The notes under the pieces are model-generated. The model was not told where the DNA came from and did not search any database. It saw nothing but the letters and a program-made list of their open reading frames with translations. DNA of 64,000 nucleotides from Verrucomicrobiota bacterium. GTDB taxonomy: Bacteria; Auribacterota; JABMQX01; JAFGEW01. This document shows positions 20,143-29,879 of the stretch, in pieces; within the stretch, counting starts at the first letter, position 1; each line of letters opens with the position of its first letter. A program made the translations under genes and the position numbers. Location of the stretch: NCBI GenBank assembly GCA_016931415.1, contig JAFGEW010000061.1, forward strand, positions 20,110 to 84,109. The letters are read 5' to 3'.

Positions 20143-22116
20143 TCAGCCGCCGATCACTCGCACCGGTGATTTCGCGTGGAGCAGCCGATCGGTCAGCGCA
20201 CGCAGCTCGTCCACCGTCTGCCCCTCGAAGAACAACCTGTACCACATTTCCAGGTTGATCAGAATCCAGATTCGGAAGTTGTGGTCCGCTCTGCCGCCGA
20301 TGTGCTCGTCGAGCAGCCGCGCGATGGTGCCTCGCTCGAACAGCCCCAGGTCGACAAACCGCGACTCGGCCATCAGCCCGCGCACGTACGGCGCGAGATC
20401 CTGGCGCATCCACTGCGCCAGCGGGAATCCGAATCCCTGCTTACGCCGGGTGATGAGCTCACGCGGCAGGTAGCGCGACGCCACGCGCTTCAGAATGTAC
20501 TTGAGCGTCTTGCCCTTGAGCTTGAGCGACGCCGGAATCGACGCCGCGTATTCGACGACACGGTAGTCCACAATCGGCGGCCGCCCCTCCAGGCCGTGCG
20601 CCATCGCCATCCGGTCCAGGATCACGAGCAGATGGTCGGGCAGCCGCGTCATGAGGTCCGTGTACAACATCCGGTCGACGAGATCCTCGACGCAGCCGGC
20701 CTCGAAATGCTCGAGAACCTTGGCGGCCGAGTCCTCGCCCTCGACAGCGGCGCGCGCATGCTCTGTGTAGAGGTCGCGCTTGGCCTCGTCGGTGAAGCGC
20801 AGGAAGCTCATGCTCTGCGCGTAGCGCCGGCCGTGCGTGAGGAACGACATCTCGTTGGCCCACCGCGCCTTCTGCGCCAGGCTCTTGTAGCCGTACGAAT
20901 CCGGCACGAGCTTGACGAGCCGCCGCATGACCTTGTCGCGAAACCACCTCGGCAGGATGCAGTAGTAATCGACGAGCCGGTTGCCCGAGAACCGGTCGTA
21001 ACCCGCGAACAGCTCGTCGCCTCCGTCGCCGCCAAGAGCGACCTTCACCGTCTTCGCGGCGAGGCGTGAGACGAGGTAGACGCCCACCCCGAACGGGTCC
21101 GACGGCTCGTCCATGTGCCACACCATCGACGGGATCAAGTGGACGAGGTCGGCCTCGACCACCTCCTCGTGGTGCTCGGTGCCGTACCTGTCGGCCACCA
21201 TCTTGGCGTACGGCAGCTCGTTGAAGTCCATCTCCCTGACGCCGATCGAGAATGTCGGCACGGGCTCTCTGGACTGGCCGGCTTCGGCCGCAGCCGTGGC
21301 GGCCATCGCCGTGATCGTGCTCGAATCGATTCCGCCGCTCAAAAACGATCCGACACGCACATCGCTCAACATATGCATGCGGACCGTGTCGCGCAGCAGG
21401 TCGTGCAGGCCCTCTTCGATCGCGCGCTCGTCGTTCGGCAGTTTGTCGCGGTAGTCGGGCCGCCAGTAGCGCTCGATGGTCACCCGCCCGTTCTCGTAGA
21501 CCAGCGTGCTTGCCGCCGGCAGCTTCTGGACGCCCTCAAAGAGCGTCATCCGGTCCGGGATGAACCGCAGCGAGATGTAGTGCCACAGCGCACGCAGATC
21601 GGGCTTCGGCCGAACGAGACCGCTCTGCATCACGGCCTTCACCTCGGATCCGAACGCGAACCGCTCGCCGTCGTGGTGGAAGAACATCGGTTTCTGTCCG
21701 ACGTGGTCGCGCGCAAGCATGAGCCGCTTGCGGCGCGTGTCCCACAGCGCGAAGGCGAACATGCCGCGCAGGTGCTTGACGCAGTCGGCGCCGTGCTCGT
21801 CGTAGAGATGAAGGATGACTTCGACGTCGGTCTTGGTGCGGAACGGATAGCCGCGCGTCGAGAGGTCGTGCCGCAGCCCGGGCGAGTTGTAGATCTCGCC
21901 GTTGCAGACGAGCCACACCGTCTCGTCCCGGTTCGGGATCGGCTGGCGACCGCCTTCGAGGTCGATGATGCTCAGCCGCCGCTGGCCGATGCCCACGCCG
22001 GCACCGAACCAGAATCCTTCATCGTCCGGCCCGCGATGATCCAACACGGCCGCCATCTTGCGGACGACCATCTCGTCAACGGCGCCCGGTTGTATCAGTC
22101 CGCAGATGCCACACAT
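20143..22116 (-). CDS. asnB: Asparagine synthase (glutamine-hydrolysing) family amidotransferase
   Basis: The N-terminal MCGICGL is the Ntn Cys2 nucleophile. The PP-loop is SFLSGGIDSS. 657 aa. Confidence 0.92.
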   Translation of the reverse strand: MCGICGLIQPGAVDEMVVRKMAAVLDHRGPDDEGFWFGAGVGIGQRRLSIIDLEGGRQPIPNRDETVWLVCNGEIYNSPGLRHDLSTRGYPFRTKTDVEVILHLYDEHGADCVKHLRGMFAFALWDTRRKRLMLARDHVGQKPMFFHHDGERFAFGSEVKAVMQSGLVRPKPDLRALWHYISLRFIPDRMTLFEGVQKLPAASTLVYENGRVTIERYWRPDYRDKLPNDERAIEEGLHDLLRDTVRMHMLSDVRVGSFLSGGIDSSTITAMAATAAAEAGQSREPVPTFSIGVREMDFNELPYAKMVADRYGTEHHEEVVEADLVHLIPSMVWHMDEPSDPFGVGVYLVSRLAAKTVKVALGGDGGDELFAGYDRFSGNRLVDYYCILPRWFRDKVMRRLVKLVPDSYGYKSLAQKARWANEMSFLTHGRRYAQSMSFLRFTDEAKRDLYTEHARAAVEGEDSAAKVLEHFEAGCVEDLVDRMLYTDLMTRLPDHLLVILDRMAMAHGLEGRPPIVDYRVVEYAASIPASLKLKGKTLKYILKRVASRYLPRELITRRKQGFGFPLAQWMRQDLAPYVRGLMAESRFVDLGLFERGTIARLLDEHIGGRADHNFRIWILINLEMWYRLFFEGQTVDELRALTDRLLHAKSPVRVIGG

Positions 22117-22198
22117 AGTCCGCTAGCGAAAGGGAATGCCTCGTCGTGAGGCTGTAGGAAACACCAACCGCCCTCGCCCGTCAAGCGCTTCCTCGTCG

Positions 22199-24007
22199 TC
22201 ACGGCGCTCGCTCAGTCGTCTGGGCCGGCTCATCATCCGCCGTGTCGGGATGATTCGAGCAGATCACGTACTCGCCCACCTCGGCGACGAAGTGCACGAA
22301 CGGCTGCCCTTCTTCCATGAAGCTCGAGCTGATGTCCTCGTACGACGGGCGGTCCGTCACCACGAGCAGCCGTCGCCCTTTCAGGCGCATCATATGATCG
22401 AGCCGCTGTCTGCCGTTCCAGCGGTAGTAGCCGGCCTCGAGCGCCTTGAGCTCCGCCTCGGTGTAGAACGACACCTTCGTCTCGTCCGGCCGCGTGTAGT
22501 TGAACTCGACATCGCAGTCGAGACACAGCACCGGGTGGCCGAGGTAATACGGCAGCTCCTTGAGATACCTGCGATACATGACGGGTGCCACGCCGTCGCG
22601 GTAACGGCCCGCGTCTCGCTCCACTCGCTCCTGGATCAGCGCCGTCAGCTCGCGGCCCTCGTTGCCGATCCGCAGTTCGTCCTCATACCCGGCGACGAGT
22701 CGTGCCGTGAGCACCAGCGGAACCAGCATGCCCGCCGCGACGAGCATCAAACCCAACGCCCGACGATCCCGGTTTGCGGCCAGCACGGCCGTCGTGCCGA
22801 ACAGGAAGAAGCTCGCCGCCCCCACAACGTGCAACAGCACCACACGGTCCGCACGCGCCCACGCGAAGGTCGAAGGGGAGAACATCACCGCCCCCACGGC
22901 CATCGCCATGAGCATGATGCCGAGCCAGAGCACCGCGCGCGCCGGCCGCCCGCCGTCGAGCACCCGATCAAGCCGGTGCCCAACGAGCAATGCGAGCGCC
23001 GGAAACAGCGGCAGGCAGTACGTCGCCAGCTTCGACTTCGTCATCGAGATGAAGACGAAAACCACGATCACCCACACGACCGGCACAAGGACACGCCGTC
23101 GGCTCTCGCCCGATCCACCGATGCGCCGCTGCAACGACGCCCAGATCTCCGACGGCACCATAGCGACCCACGGCAGGAACCCCAACGGCACGAGCCAGAA
23201 GAAGAACCAGAACGGCGCCGTCCGCTTGTGGATTTCCGTCGTCACACGCTGCACGGTCTGGTACTTCAGGAAGTAGTCGAGCAGAACCGGATTGCGGACC
23301 GTGACGATGACGTACCACGGGAGGGCCACGACGAGAAACACGCCTATCGCCCCCAGCCACGGCCACACGCCGATCCCCCGCCACTGGTTCGTCATCACCA
23401 GGTACACGAGCATCGGCGCGACCGTCGCCATGAGCAGCACGGGCCCCTTCGTCATGAACCCGAGCCCCGCAAACAACCCGCCGAGCACGAACCACATCCT
23501 GGGCCGTCGCTCGCCGAACAGGCTGCGCACAAAGCACACCCACGCCCACACGACGAAAGCACACAGCAGCATGTCCGTGTTCGCCAGCCGAGCCACAGCG
23601 AAGAACAGCGGACTCGCCAGCAGCACCAGCCCCGCGAGGAATCCCGTCCGCCGACCGTGCATGGTCCGCCCGATCACCGAGACGCCCATCACGACCGCCA
23701 GCGCCGCCAGCGCCGACGGCGCACGCGCCGCCCAATCGTTTTGTCCGAGAACGGCGAATGACGACGCCATCAGCCAGTACGTCAGCGGCGGCTTGTGCCA
23801 ATGCTTGAACGCCAGGTTGTGCGTCGGCGTGAGCCAGTCGCCCGTTTCGCGCATCGACCAACTGATCGCCGCGTACCGCGTCTCGTCGGGCGACGAGAGC
23901 TCACGCGAGCCCAACGCGAAGCTCAGCACGAACACGGCCACCGCCGCGAGCACCCACGGCATCCAGCGCCCGTCCATCGCTGTCGCTTTGTCCGAGGTCT
24001 CAGTCAC
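22199..24007 (-). CDS. ArnT-like GT-C glycosyltransferase (GT83/GT39 family)
   Basis: SPDETRYAAISWSMRETGDWLTPTHNLAFKHWHKPPLTYWL is a textbook ArnT/PMT first-loop motif, followed by about 12 TM helices. The start is GTG at 24007, with an alternative ATG at 23977. Confidence 0.88.
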   Translation of the reverse strand: MTETSDKATAMDGRWMPWVLAAVAVFVLSFALGSRELSSPDETRYAAISWSMRETGDWLTPTHNLAFKHWHKPPLTYWLMASSFAVLGQNDWAARAPSALAALAVVMGVSVIGRTMHGRRTGFLAGLVLLASPLFFAVARLANTDMLLCAFVVWAWVCFVRSLFGERRPRMWFVLGGLFAGLGFMTKGPVLLMATVAPMLVYLVMTNQWRGIGVWPWLGAIGVFLVVALPWYVIVTVRNPVLLDYFLKYQTVQRVTTEIHKRTAPFWFFFWLVPLGFLPWVAMVPSEIWASLQRRIGGSGESRRRVLVPVVWVIVVFVFISMTKSKLATYCLPLFPALALLVGHRLDRVLDGGRPARAVLWLGIMLMAMAVGAVMFSPSTFAWARADRVVLLHVVGAASFFLFGTTAVLAANRDRRALGLMLVAAGMLVPLVLTARLVAGYEDELRIGNEGRELTALIQERVERDAGRYRDGVAPVMYRRYLKELPYYLGHPVLCLDCDVEFNYTRPDETKVSFYTEAELKALEAGYYRWNGRQRLDHMMRLKGRRLLVVTDRPSYEDISSSFMEEGQPFVHFVAEVGEYVICSNHPDTADDEPAQTTERAP

Positions 24008-24037
24008 CGCTGTCGAATCCCTCTCGGACCGGTGGCC

Positions 24038-25330
24038 CTACTTCACCGCAACTTGCTGTGCGTGCGTCGTCTTGTCGTGACGCTTGAACGTCACACGGCT
24101 GGTCGCCCACACGTTTGGCCCGCGTCTCACGCGCACCTCATAGGTCCCGAAGAACCCGCGGAATCGCACCGCGCCATCGTCACCGGCTCTGAGCACAAGC
24201 TTCGTCGTCCACGTCGTGTGCACCAGCTTCATGAGCTCCTCGCACGCCGGTTTCGGCGTCCCGTCGGCGCGCAGCAGGCCCGCCTTCGCGTCGAGCCACG
24301 CGCCGCGATCCGAGAAGTCCCACCACGTGATCGCCTCGACCGCCGGATGGCTGAACAGCAGCGTGTAGAGGTCGGCCACGTATCGCGCCGTCTCCTTCTC
24401 GCCCAGTTTCTTGTCCGGGTACTCGCTCAGCACGGTGACCTCCGTGAAGTGCAGCGGCCCGCCCAGCTTAGCGAACCGCTCGCACACGGCCCATATGTCC
24501 TCGAGCGGCCGCGGCCCGCCGTGCATGTGCGTCTGGAGGCCGATCGCGTCGAACAGCGGCGTGCCCTCGTCATCGCGAAGCTCGTCGAGCACGGCGTAGA
24601 ACTCGTCCGAAGTGACGTAGTCATTGACGAGCAGCGTCGCCTTCGGGTTCGCCGCGCGCGCACGCCGCAGCGCGTCCTTGACCGCCTCGATCTTGCCCGG
24701 GGCCATCAGCGCCTTCGTCGTCCTCGGCGCCTGCTTCTCGTTGCGTTCCCAGTCCGTCGGCTCATTGACCACGTCCCAGACGTCCACCGTCCCGGCAAAC
24801 GCCTTGACGAGCGCATCCACACGCCCGAACGTCAGCGCGCGCACCTTCGTCTCGTCGTCGGGCAGCCACACCGGATCTGCGTGGTTCCAGACGAGCGGAT
24901 GGCCCTTGAGTGCGATGCCGCGCTCGGCGCACCACGCCGCGATCCGCCGCGCGCGCGCCTCGTCCGTCTTGCCCGGCTCCGGCTCGTACGCCCACCAGTA
25001 GAACGGCAGCGTCGCGTAGTTGAGCAGGGCTTCGTACCGGTCGCGATAGCGCCCGCTGAACTCGTCGCGCCCGTCCGACCACATGAAGATGTTGCAGCCG
25101 AACAGAAACTCGTGTCGCGTCAGCTCGACCTCCACTTCCGCCCCGCGCAGCGGCCGCCCGCCGGCATCATTGAGCACGAGCGCGAAGTCGCCCTTGCGGC
25201 ACTGCTCGATGCGCTCCGGCGCGCCGTCGAGCACACCCGGTCCATCCCCCGCAGCCGCCCAGCTTGCCGGAACGGCAACAGCCCAGCAAGCCACAACCAT
25301 GACGATCAGGCGCATACCGAGACCCCGCAT
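24038..25330 (-). CDS. Glycoside hydrolase family 10-like (endo-beta-1,4-xylanase fold), secreted
   Basis: Signal peptide MRGLGMRLIVMVVACWAVAVPASWA. GH10-type motifs are LKGHPLVWNH, WDVVNEP (acid/base Glu) and LHFTEVTV (nucleophile Glu). Confidence 0.75.
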   Translation of the reverse strand: MRGLGMRLIVMVVACWAVAVPASWAAAGDGPGVLDGAPERIEQCRKGDFALVLNDAGGRPLRGAEVEVELTRHEFLFGCNIFMWSDGRDEFSGRYRDRYEALLNYATLPFYWWAYEPEPGKTDEARARRIAAWCAERGIALKGHPLVWNHADPVWLPDDETKVRALTFGRVDALVKAFAGTVDVWDVVNEPTDWERNEKQAPRTTKALMAPGKIEAVKDALRRARAANPKATLLVNDYVTSDEFYAVLDELRDDEGTPLFDAIGLQTHMHGGPRPLEDIWAVCERFAKLGGPLHFTEVTVLSEYPDKKLGEKETARYVADLYTLLFSHPAVEAITWWDFSDRGAWLDAKAGLLRADGTPKPACEELMKLVHTTWTTKLVLRAGDDGAVRFRGFFGTYEVRVRRGPNVWATSRVTFKRHDKTTHAQQVAVK

Positions 25331-25450
25331 GGAAACCGCACCAGCCTAGGGGTTTCGCGCCCGCACCGCAAGTGATTGTCCAGCCAACACGCCGTTGCCG
25401 TCTGGGCCACATCCGTGCTAGCCTTGGATCGAGGGAAAGGGGAGCGATCC

Positions 25451-26374
25451 ATGCGCCAACCACGCGTCGTCGTCGTCGGAAGCATCAACACCGACATCAT
25501 CGTCCACGCCAAGCGTCTGCCCGCGCCCGGCGAGACCGTGCTCGGCGGCGACTGGATCATGGCCGGCGGCGGCAAGGGCGCAAACCAGGCCGTCGCTGCC
25601 GCACGCGCCGGCGCGCACGTCACCTTCGTCGGACGAGTCGGCGCCGACCTCTTCGGCCGCGAATCACTCGCCCGCCTCCGGGCCGAGGGCATCGACACGC
25701 GCCACGTTGTTGAGGATACGACCAAGGGATCCGGCGTCGCCCTCATCATGGTCGGGCCCAACGGCGAGAACATCATCGCCGTCGCCCCGGGCGCCAACGG
25801 CGCCGTCATGCCCGCGGACGTTGACGCCGCGGCCGACGCCATCGCCCACGCCGACGTGCTCGTCGCCCAGATGGAAGTTCCTCCCGCCGCCATCGCCCAC
25901 GCCATCGGGGCTGCCCACGCGCGCGCCACGGCCGTGCTGCTCAATCCAGCGCCCGCGCCCGCCGAGCCGATCGCCCAGAAGATCCTCGGCATGATCAACT
26001 ACCTTGTTCCCAACGAAGTCGAGGCGACACACCTCACGGGCGCGAGGAGTCTTGACGCCGGCGTCAAGGCGCTCCTCGACCGGGGCGTCGGCCACGTGAT
26101 CATCACGCTCGGCGCCAAAGGCGCCGCCGTGTTCGACATATCCGGCCGCGTGGACGTCCCCGCCCACACGGTCAAGGCCGTCGATGCCGTCGGCGCCGGC
26201 GACGCTTTCTGCGGCGTACTCGCCTGCGGCATCGCCGAGGGCCTCGACCTGCTCGATGCCGTCCGCCAAGCCAACGCCGCTGCCGCCCTGAGCGTCACCC
26301 GCCGCGGCGCCCAGCCCTCCATGCCCACACGCGACGAGATCCACCGCCTCCTCAACGGCCGACAGCCAGGCTGA
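25451..26374 (+). CDS. rbsK: Ribokinase (PfkB family)
   Basis: ATG at 25451 preceded by GGAAAGGGGAG. VVVVGSINTDI, GGGKGANQAVAAARAG and DAVGAGDAFCGVLACG are PfkB/ribokinase signatures. Confidence 0.9.
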   Translation: MRQPRVVVVGSINTDIIVHAKRLPAPGETVLGGDWIMAGGGKGANQAVAAARAGAHVTFVGRVGADLFGRESLARLRAEGIDTRHVVEDTTKGSGVALIMVGPNGENIIAVAPGANGAVMPADVDAAADAIAHADVLVAQMEVPPAAIAHAIGAAHARATAVLLNPAPAPAEPIAQKILGMINYLVPNEVEATHLTGARSLDAGVKALLDRGVGHVIITLGAKGAAVFDISGRVDVPAHTVKAVDAVGAGDAFCGVLACGIAEGLDLLDAVRQANAAAALSVTRRGAQPSMPTRDEIHRLLNGRQPG

Positions 26375-26459
26375 AAAGTCCCCCTTGTTTCCCCTGCACC
26401 CCGTGGTGAGGGAGTAAGACAGGAAGAGACAATCACGGGGAACACGGGGAGAAAGAGGG

Positions 26460-27050
26460 CTACCTGGCCGCCCGCACGATCGGCTCGATGAAACCGGCCA
26501 CTTCGCGCCCGACGGCACGGTAGGCCTCCGGCGTCAGATGCACCCCATCGTCGCTGATCGAGGCTTCGAGCCCGCGCTCGACAACAAACGCGTGCAGGTC
26601 GTCGATCTCCACGCCCGCCTCACGCATCACGCGCAACGCCGCCTCATTGTAGGCCTCCACGTCGCTCGCGAACCGCCGGAAATCGCGCCCCGCCTCGTTA
26701 TGCCGTTCTTCGACGATGGGCGTGATCGTCGCCCACACGAGCCGGGCGCGCGTCGCGCTGAGCAGTCGCATCACGACCGTGTAGACGTTCTCCTCGAAGC
26801 GTTCCAAGGGCACCTGGTGGATCCCCATCTCGAGATCGAACTTCAGATCGTCAAGGCCGCAGTTGACGTGCACTACGTCCCACGCCGTCTCGCCCAGCCA
26901 CTGGCCCAACCGCGCTACCACGTTCTGCGAGTCGCCCCCGCTCTCGCCGATGAACTCGACGCGCGCCACGCCCTCGAGCGCCTCGACCACCGCCGACGCA
27001 TACCCCTGCGCAATCGAGTCGCCGATAAGCAATACGTTGGGAAACCCCAT
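26460..27050 (-). CDS. SGNH/GDSL-family hydrolase
   Basis: Block I is VLLIGDSIAQGY and block V is DDGVHLTPEAY (DxxH). The internal ATG at 27050 lies 4 nt after the stop of the upstream gene. Confidence 0.8.
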   Translation of the reverse strand: MGFPNVLLIGDSIAQGYASAVVEALEGVARVEFIGESGGDSQNVVARLGQWLGETAWDVVHVNCGLDDLKFDLEMGIHQVPLERFEENVYTVVMRLLSATRARLVWATITPIVEERHNEAGRDFRRFASDVEAYNEAALRVMREAGVEIDDLHAFVVERGLEASISDDGVHLTPEAYRAVGREVAGFIEPIVRAAR

Positions 27051-27054
27051 GGCT

Positions 27055-28056
27055 TTAGAACCAGGAGTAGACGATGGGCTTGGCCCACTCCTCGACAAGG
27101 AAGTAGATACGGTCCACAACGAGTCCCATGCGGGTCCCGACCACGGTGGCAAACACGACACCGAACGAAATCATCATGAAAAGGCGGGCGACCCAATGCA
27201 CCCGTTGCCCGAGCGGATGCTCCCCGACCCGAAGCGTGAACACGAAGTAGAACAGCACAACGAAAGCGACAATGACGAACACCACGCCGCCGAAACCCTC
27301 CCACAGCGCCGCCCCGAGTCCGTCCTCCGCGTATACGCTGGCTTGCCATACCGGCTTCAGCGTCCCGTGGAGCTGGCTCAGCAGATTGGCGAAGAGCTGC
27401 TGGAATGCTTTCCCGATGCCGGCGCCGATCAACACCACGATCAGGAGGCGGTTAAGCCATATATACCGCTTCGAGTAGATCAAGTACCAGAACGAGCCAG
27501 GGATCACCGCCAAGGTCCAGAGCAGCTTCGTGTTCCACGCGCCATCCGTAATGCGCCGGATGTGCTCGACGTACACGACTCCGCCAACGAAGAGAAGCAG
27601 CGACACGATCCAACCCACAATCGGAAGGCGTAACGTGTAGAAGACGAAGATCAGCAGGAATCCCACAGCGGCGATCCCGACGCCCCAGTAGACTCGCCCG
27701 TCGATGACCGATACCGGGTCGATGCCGCCTCCAGTAACCAGGGCGAGTCCTTGCCCGATGGGCTTGAACCAGTAAGGCTTGAACATGATCTCAAGCGTCA
27801 TGGCAAACCCCGTGGCCGCTGCGACGCCTACGATCATATGCTCCAGGAAGCGGTAGATCTCATTGTCGCCAAACAGAAAGGAATACAGCGCCAGTGTTGC
27901 GACGGCGCCGATCGCGGCCGCCAAGCGGTTGAGGGGCACCCCGTGCATCTCGGACGACCTGTCCCGGTCCAGCACGAACGTGATCAATAAAACCGCCCCG
28001 AGCAGACCAAGGTAGATCGCCCACTTGCCGGCAACGCGCTTTGCCTTACTGCTCAT
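27055..28056 (-). CDS. Polytopic membrane protein, unknown family (gene 4 of a 4-gene operon)
   Basis: About 333 aa with roughly 8-9 hydrophobic helices. The ATG at 28056 overlaps the upstream gene end by 11 nt. Coding-like GC3. Confidence 0.7.
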   Translation of the reverse strand: MSSKAKRVAGKWAIYLGLLGAVLLITFVLDRDRSSEMHGVPLNRLAAAIGAVATLALYSFLFGDNEIYRFLEHMIVGVAAATGFAMTLEIMFKPYWFKPIGQGLALVTGGGIDPVSVIDGRVYWGVGIAAVGFLLIFVFYTLRLPIVGWIVSLLLFVGGVVYVEHIRRITDGAWNTKLLWTLAVIPGSFWYLIYSKRYIWLNRLLIVVLIGAGIGKAFQQLFANLLSQLHGTLKPVWQASVYAEDGLGAALWEGFGGVVFVIVAFVVLFYFVFTLRVGEHPLGQRVHWVARLFMMISFGVVFATVVGTRMGLVVDRIYFLVEEWAKPIVYSWF

Positions 28057-29200
28057 TGACACCGGCCTGCCCCCTATCGCTCAGCTTCCTCCAGAGCGTA
28101 CACAGGTTGCCCAATACAATGACAAACAGGACAAACAGCACCCCCATGGAGTACGGATTCGCGCGGGCCGCGACACCCGCGCGGCTTGGCCCATCACCAT
28201 ACTTATCCTTCAGAAGCTCGGAGTACTCAGCCGCCCCCTGGACCCCTGCGAGAATCCCACTCAAGTCGCCCGAGTCAAAGAACGGCAGCATCTGGTTCAC
28301 GACCATGTTCACCGTACCAAGCGCAACGCGGATCTGCGGTTTCCCTTCCGGCCCCTCGAGCTCCTTGTCCAATCGGACCAGACCGATGATCTCCTGGGAA
28401 GCCCCTGAGGTAAAATGGATCTCCAATACCAAGCCGAAATCCCCGAGCTGAAGGTAGTCGTCCGTGTTGACTTCCTGTGTCCCGGTCTCCGTCTCGACAT
28501 GAGCTGTGTCGGTCTCGGCGTTGCTCGGAGCTCTCCCGGCGCTGCCGCCGTTGGGGATCTCAACGGCCCCGCTCGATTCATCGTTCGAGGTGGTCGATTG
28601 ACCTGTCTCCTGTGGCGCAGTGGGCTGACCACTCGGCTTCCCCCGAACTGCGCCCTCTGGCCGCTCCATGATCGGGTACTTCCACAGGTCCACACCTTGA
28701 TAATCGGTCCTGAACGTCCCGACGATCCCTTTCTCCTTCATGTTCGGCACCCAGATCGGCCATCCCCCGGGCAATATCCGGTATCCGAGCATGAGCCAAT
28801 CGCGGCCGTACTCGATGTAGTCCTCGCCGAACTCCTGCTTGAAATACTGCTCCGACTTCTTGCAGAGATCCGCGCCGACCAGCGACGTGTCTACAAACGT
28901 TGACAACATGATGAATTTGACGCGCCGCCGCATCATGTGCTCGACAACCGCCTCGAACTGCGGTTGGTTCTCGCCGCGCGAGTCCATGATCCACGAATTG
29001 AGCAGCAGCACGGGCTTCCCCTCCTCGGCGCACTGCTCGATGGCGTCGAACATGCCTCGTGTAATCGCCCGAGGACGGGGCTTTGATTCCCAATTCCCCA
29101 CGATGTACGGCAGCGCGAGCAGCAACGCGAGGGAGATGTATACGATCCGGTAGTTGAGCCGGTCCAAGTAGTCCACTATCTTGTGAATTGCGGCAACCAT
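28046..29200 (-). CDS. Membrane-anchored protein with soluble domain and disordered S/T/E/G-rich insert, unknown family (gene 3)
   Basis: N-terminal and C-terminal TM helices flank a soluble region (GKPVLLLNSWIMDSRGEN...) reminiscent of gene 1 (GRPVFFVPGIGGMSEP...). The start is ATG at 29200, with an alternative TTG at 29236. Confidence 0.65.
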   Translation of the reverse strand: MVAAIHKIVDYLDRLNYRIVYISLALLLALPYIVGNWESKPRPRAITRGMFDAIEQCAEEGKPVLLLNSWIMDSRGENQPQFEAVVEHMMRRRVKFIMLSTFVDTSLVGADLCKKSEQYFKQEFGEDYIEYGRDWLMLGYRILPGGWPIWVPNMKEKGIVGTFRTDYQGVDLWKYPIMERPEGAVRGKPSGQPTAPQETGQSTTSNDESSGAVEIPNGGSAGRAPSNAETDTAHVETETGTQEVNTDDYLQLGDFGLVLEIHFTSGASQEIIGLVRLDKELEGPEGKPQIRVALGTVNMVVNQMLPFFDSGDLSGILAGVQGAAEYSELLKDKYGDGPSRAGVAARANPYSMGVLFVLFVIVLGNLCTLWRKLSDRGQAGVNEQ

Positions 29201-29204
29201 CGAA

Positions 29205-29879
29205 TCACGTCGACTTGAAAAGTCCACCTTGTTCAATACCGAGCCACATGCGCATCTGCACAGTGATCCCGCCCAGGATCATGCCGAACGTGAGTGCGCG
29301 GAACACGGCCGTGTTGATCTTCGCATCGATCCAGTCGCGGACATTGGAGAGCGCGGGGAAAGAAGTCTCCGGGGCCATGGACAAGAGCACGATCACGGCT
29401 GAGACCATCATGACGGCACTCTCGAGACCACGAACGCGAAAGGCACGCAGGGCCGCTGAGGTCGCATAGAACGCCAGGAACGAGTAGATGGTCGAGTTCA
29501 TGTGGATCATGATCTTCGTGACCACGTAGTCGAACAGATACCCGGCCCCTTCGTACGGTTGCCCCGGTGCGGGCTGCGGCCCCGTCCACCTGAGAATCGC
29601 AAACGTCAGCATGGTAAAGAACCCGGCAAAGAGCACAATGCTGTGCTCCCAGTTCGGCCGGAGCCGGATGATGCGATGCGCGTGCAGCATGAAGATGTTC
29701 ACCAGGCCGACGCCGAACGAGAAGATACCGATGACGATCAGCACATCGGTGAAAACGGGCGTCACCTTGCCGAAGAAGCCCGTGTCAATGCTCGCCGAGG
29801 TGCCCCGGATCAGGAACTCGAGAACGAAGTAGATCCCCGAGACGAGGATAGCGGTCCGTATGATGCGTCCCTTATTCAT
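29205..29879 (-). CDS. Polytopic membrane protein, unknown family (gene 2)
   Basis: About 224 aa with 5-6 TM helices. The ATG at 29879 shares a TGATG overlap with the stop of gene 1. Confidence 0.7.
   Translation of the reverse strand: MNKGRIIRTAILVSGIYFVLEFLIRGTSASIDTGFFGKVTPVFTDVLIVIGIFSFGVGLVNIFMLHAHRIIRLRPNWEHSIVLFAGFFTMLTFAILRWTGPQPAPGQPYEGAGYLFDYVVTKIMIHMNSTIYSFLAFYATSAALRAFRVRGLESAVMMVSAVIVLLSMAPETSFPALSNVRDWIDAKINTAVFRALTFGMILGGITVQMRMWLGIEQGGLFKST

Noticed and set aside
26388-26454. Possible bidirectional terminator between convergent rbsK and the SGNH hydrolase gene.
   Set aside because: Only a 7-bp stem plus a second interrupted 4-bp helix is present, with a 28-nt loop and no T-tracts. 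This is too weak to report as a feature.
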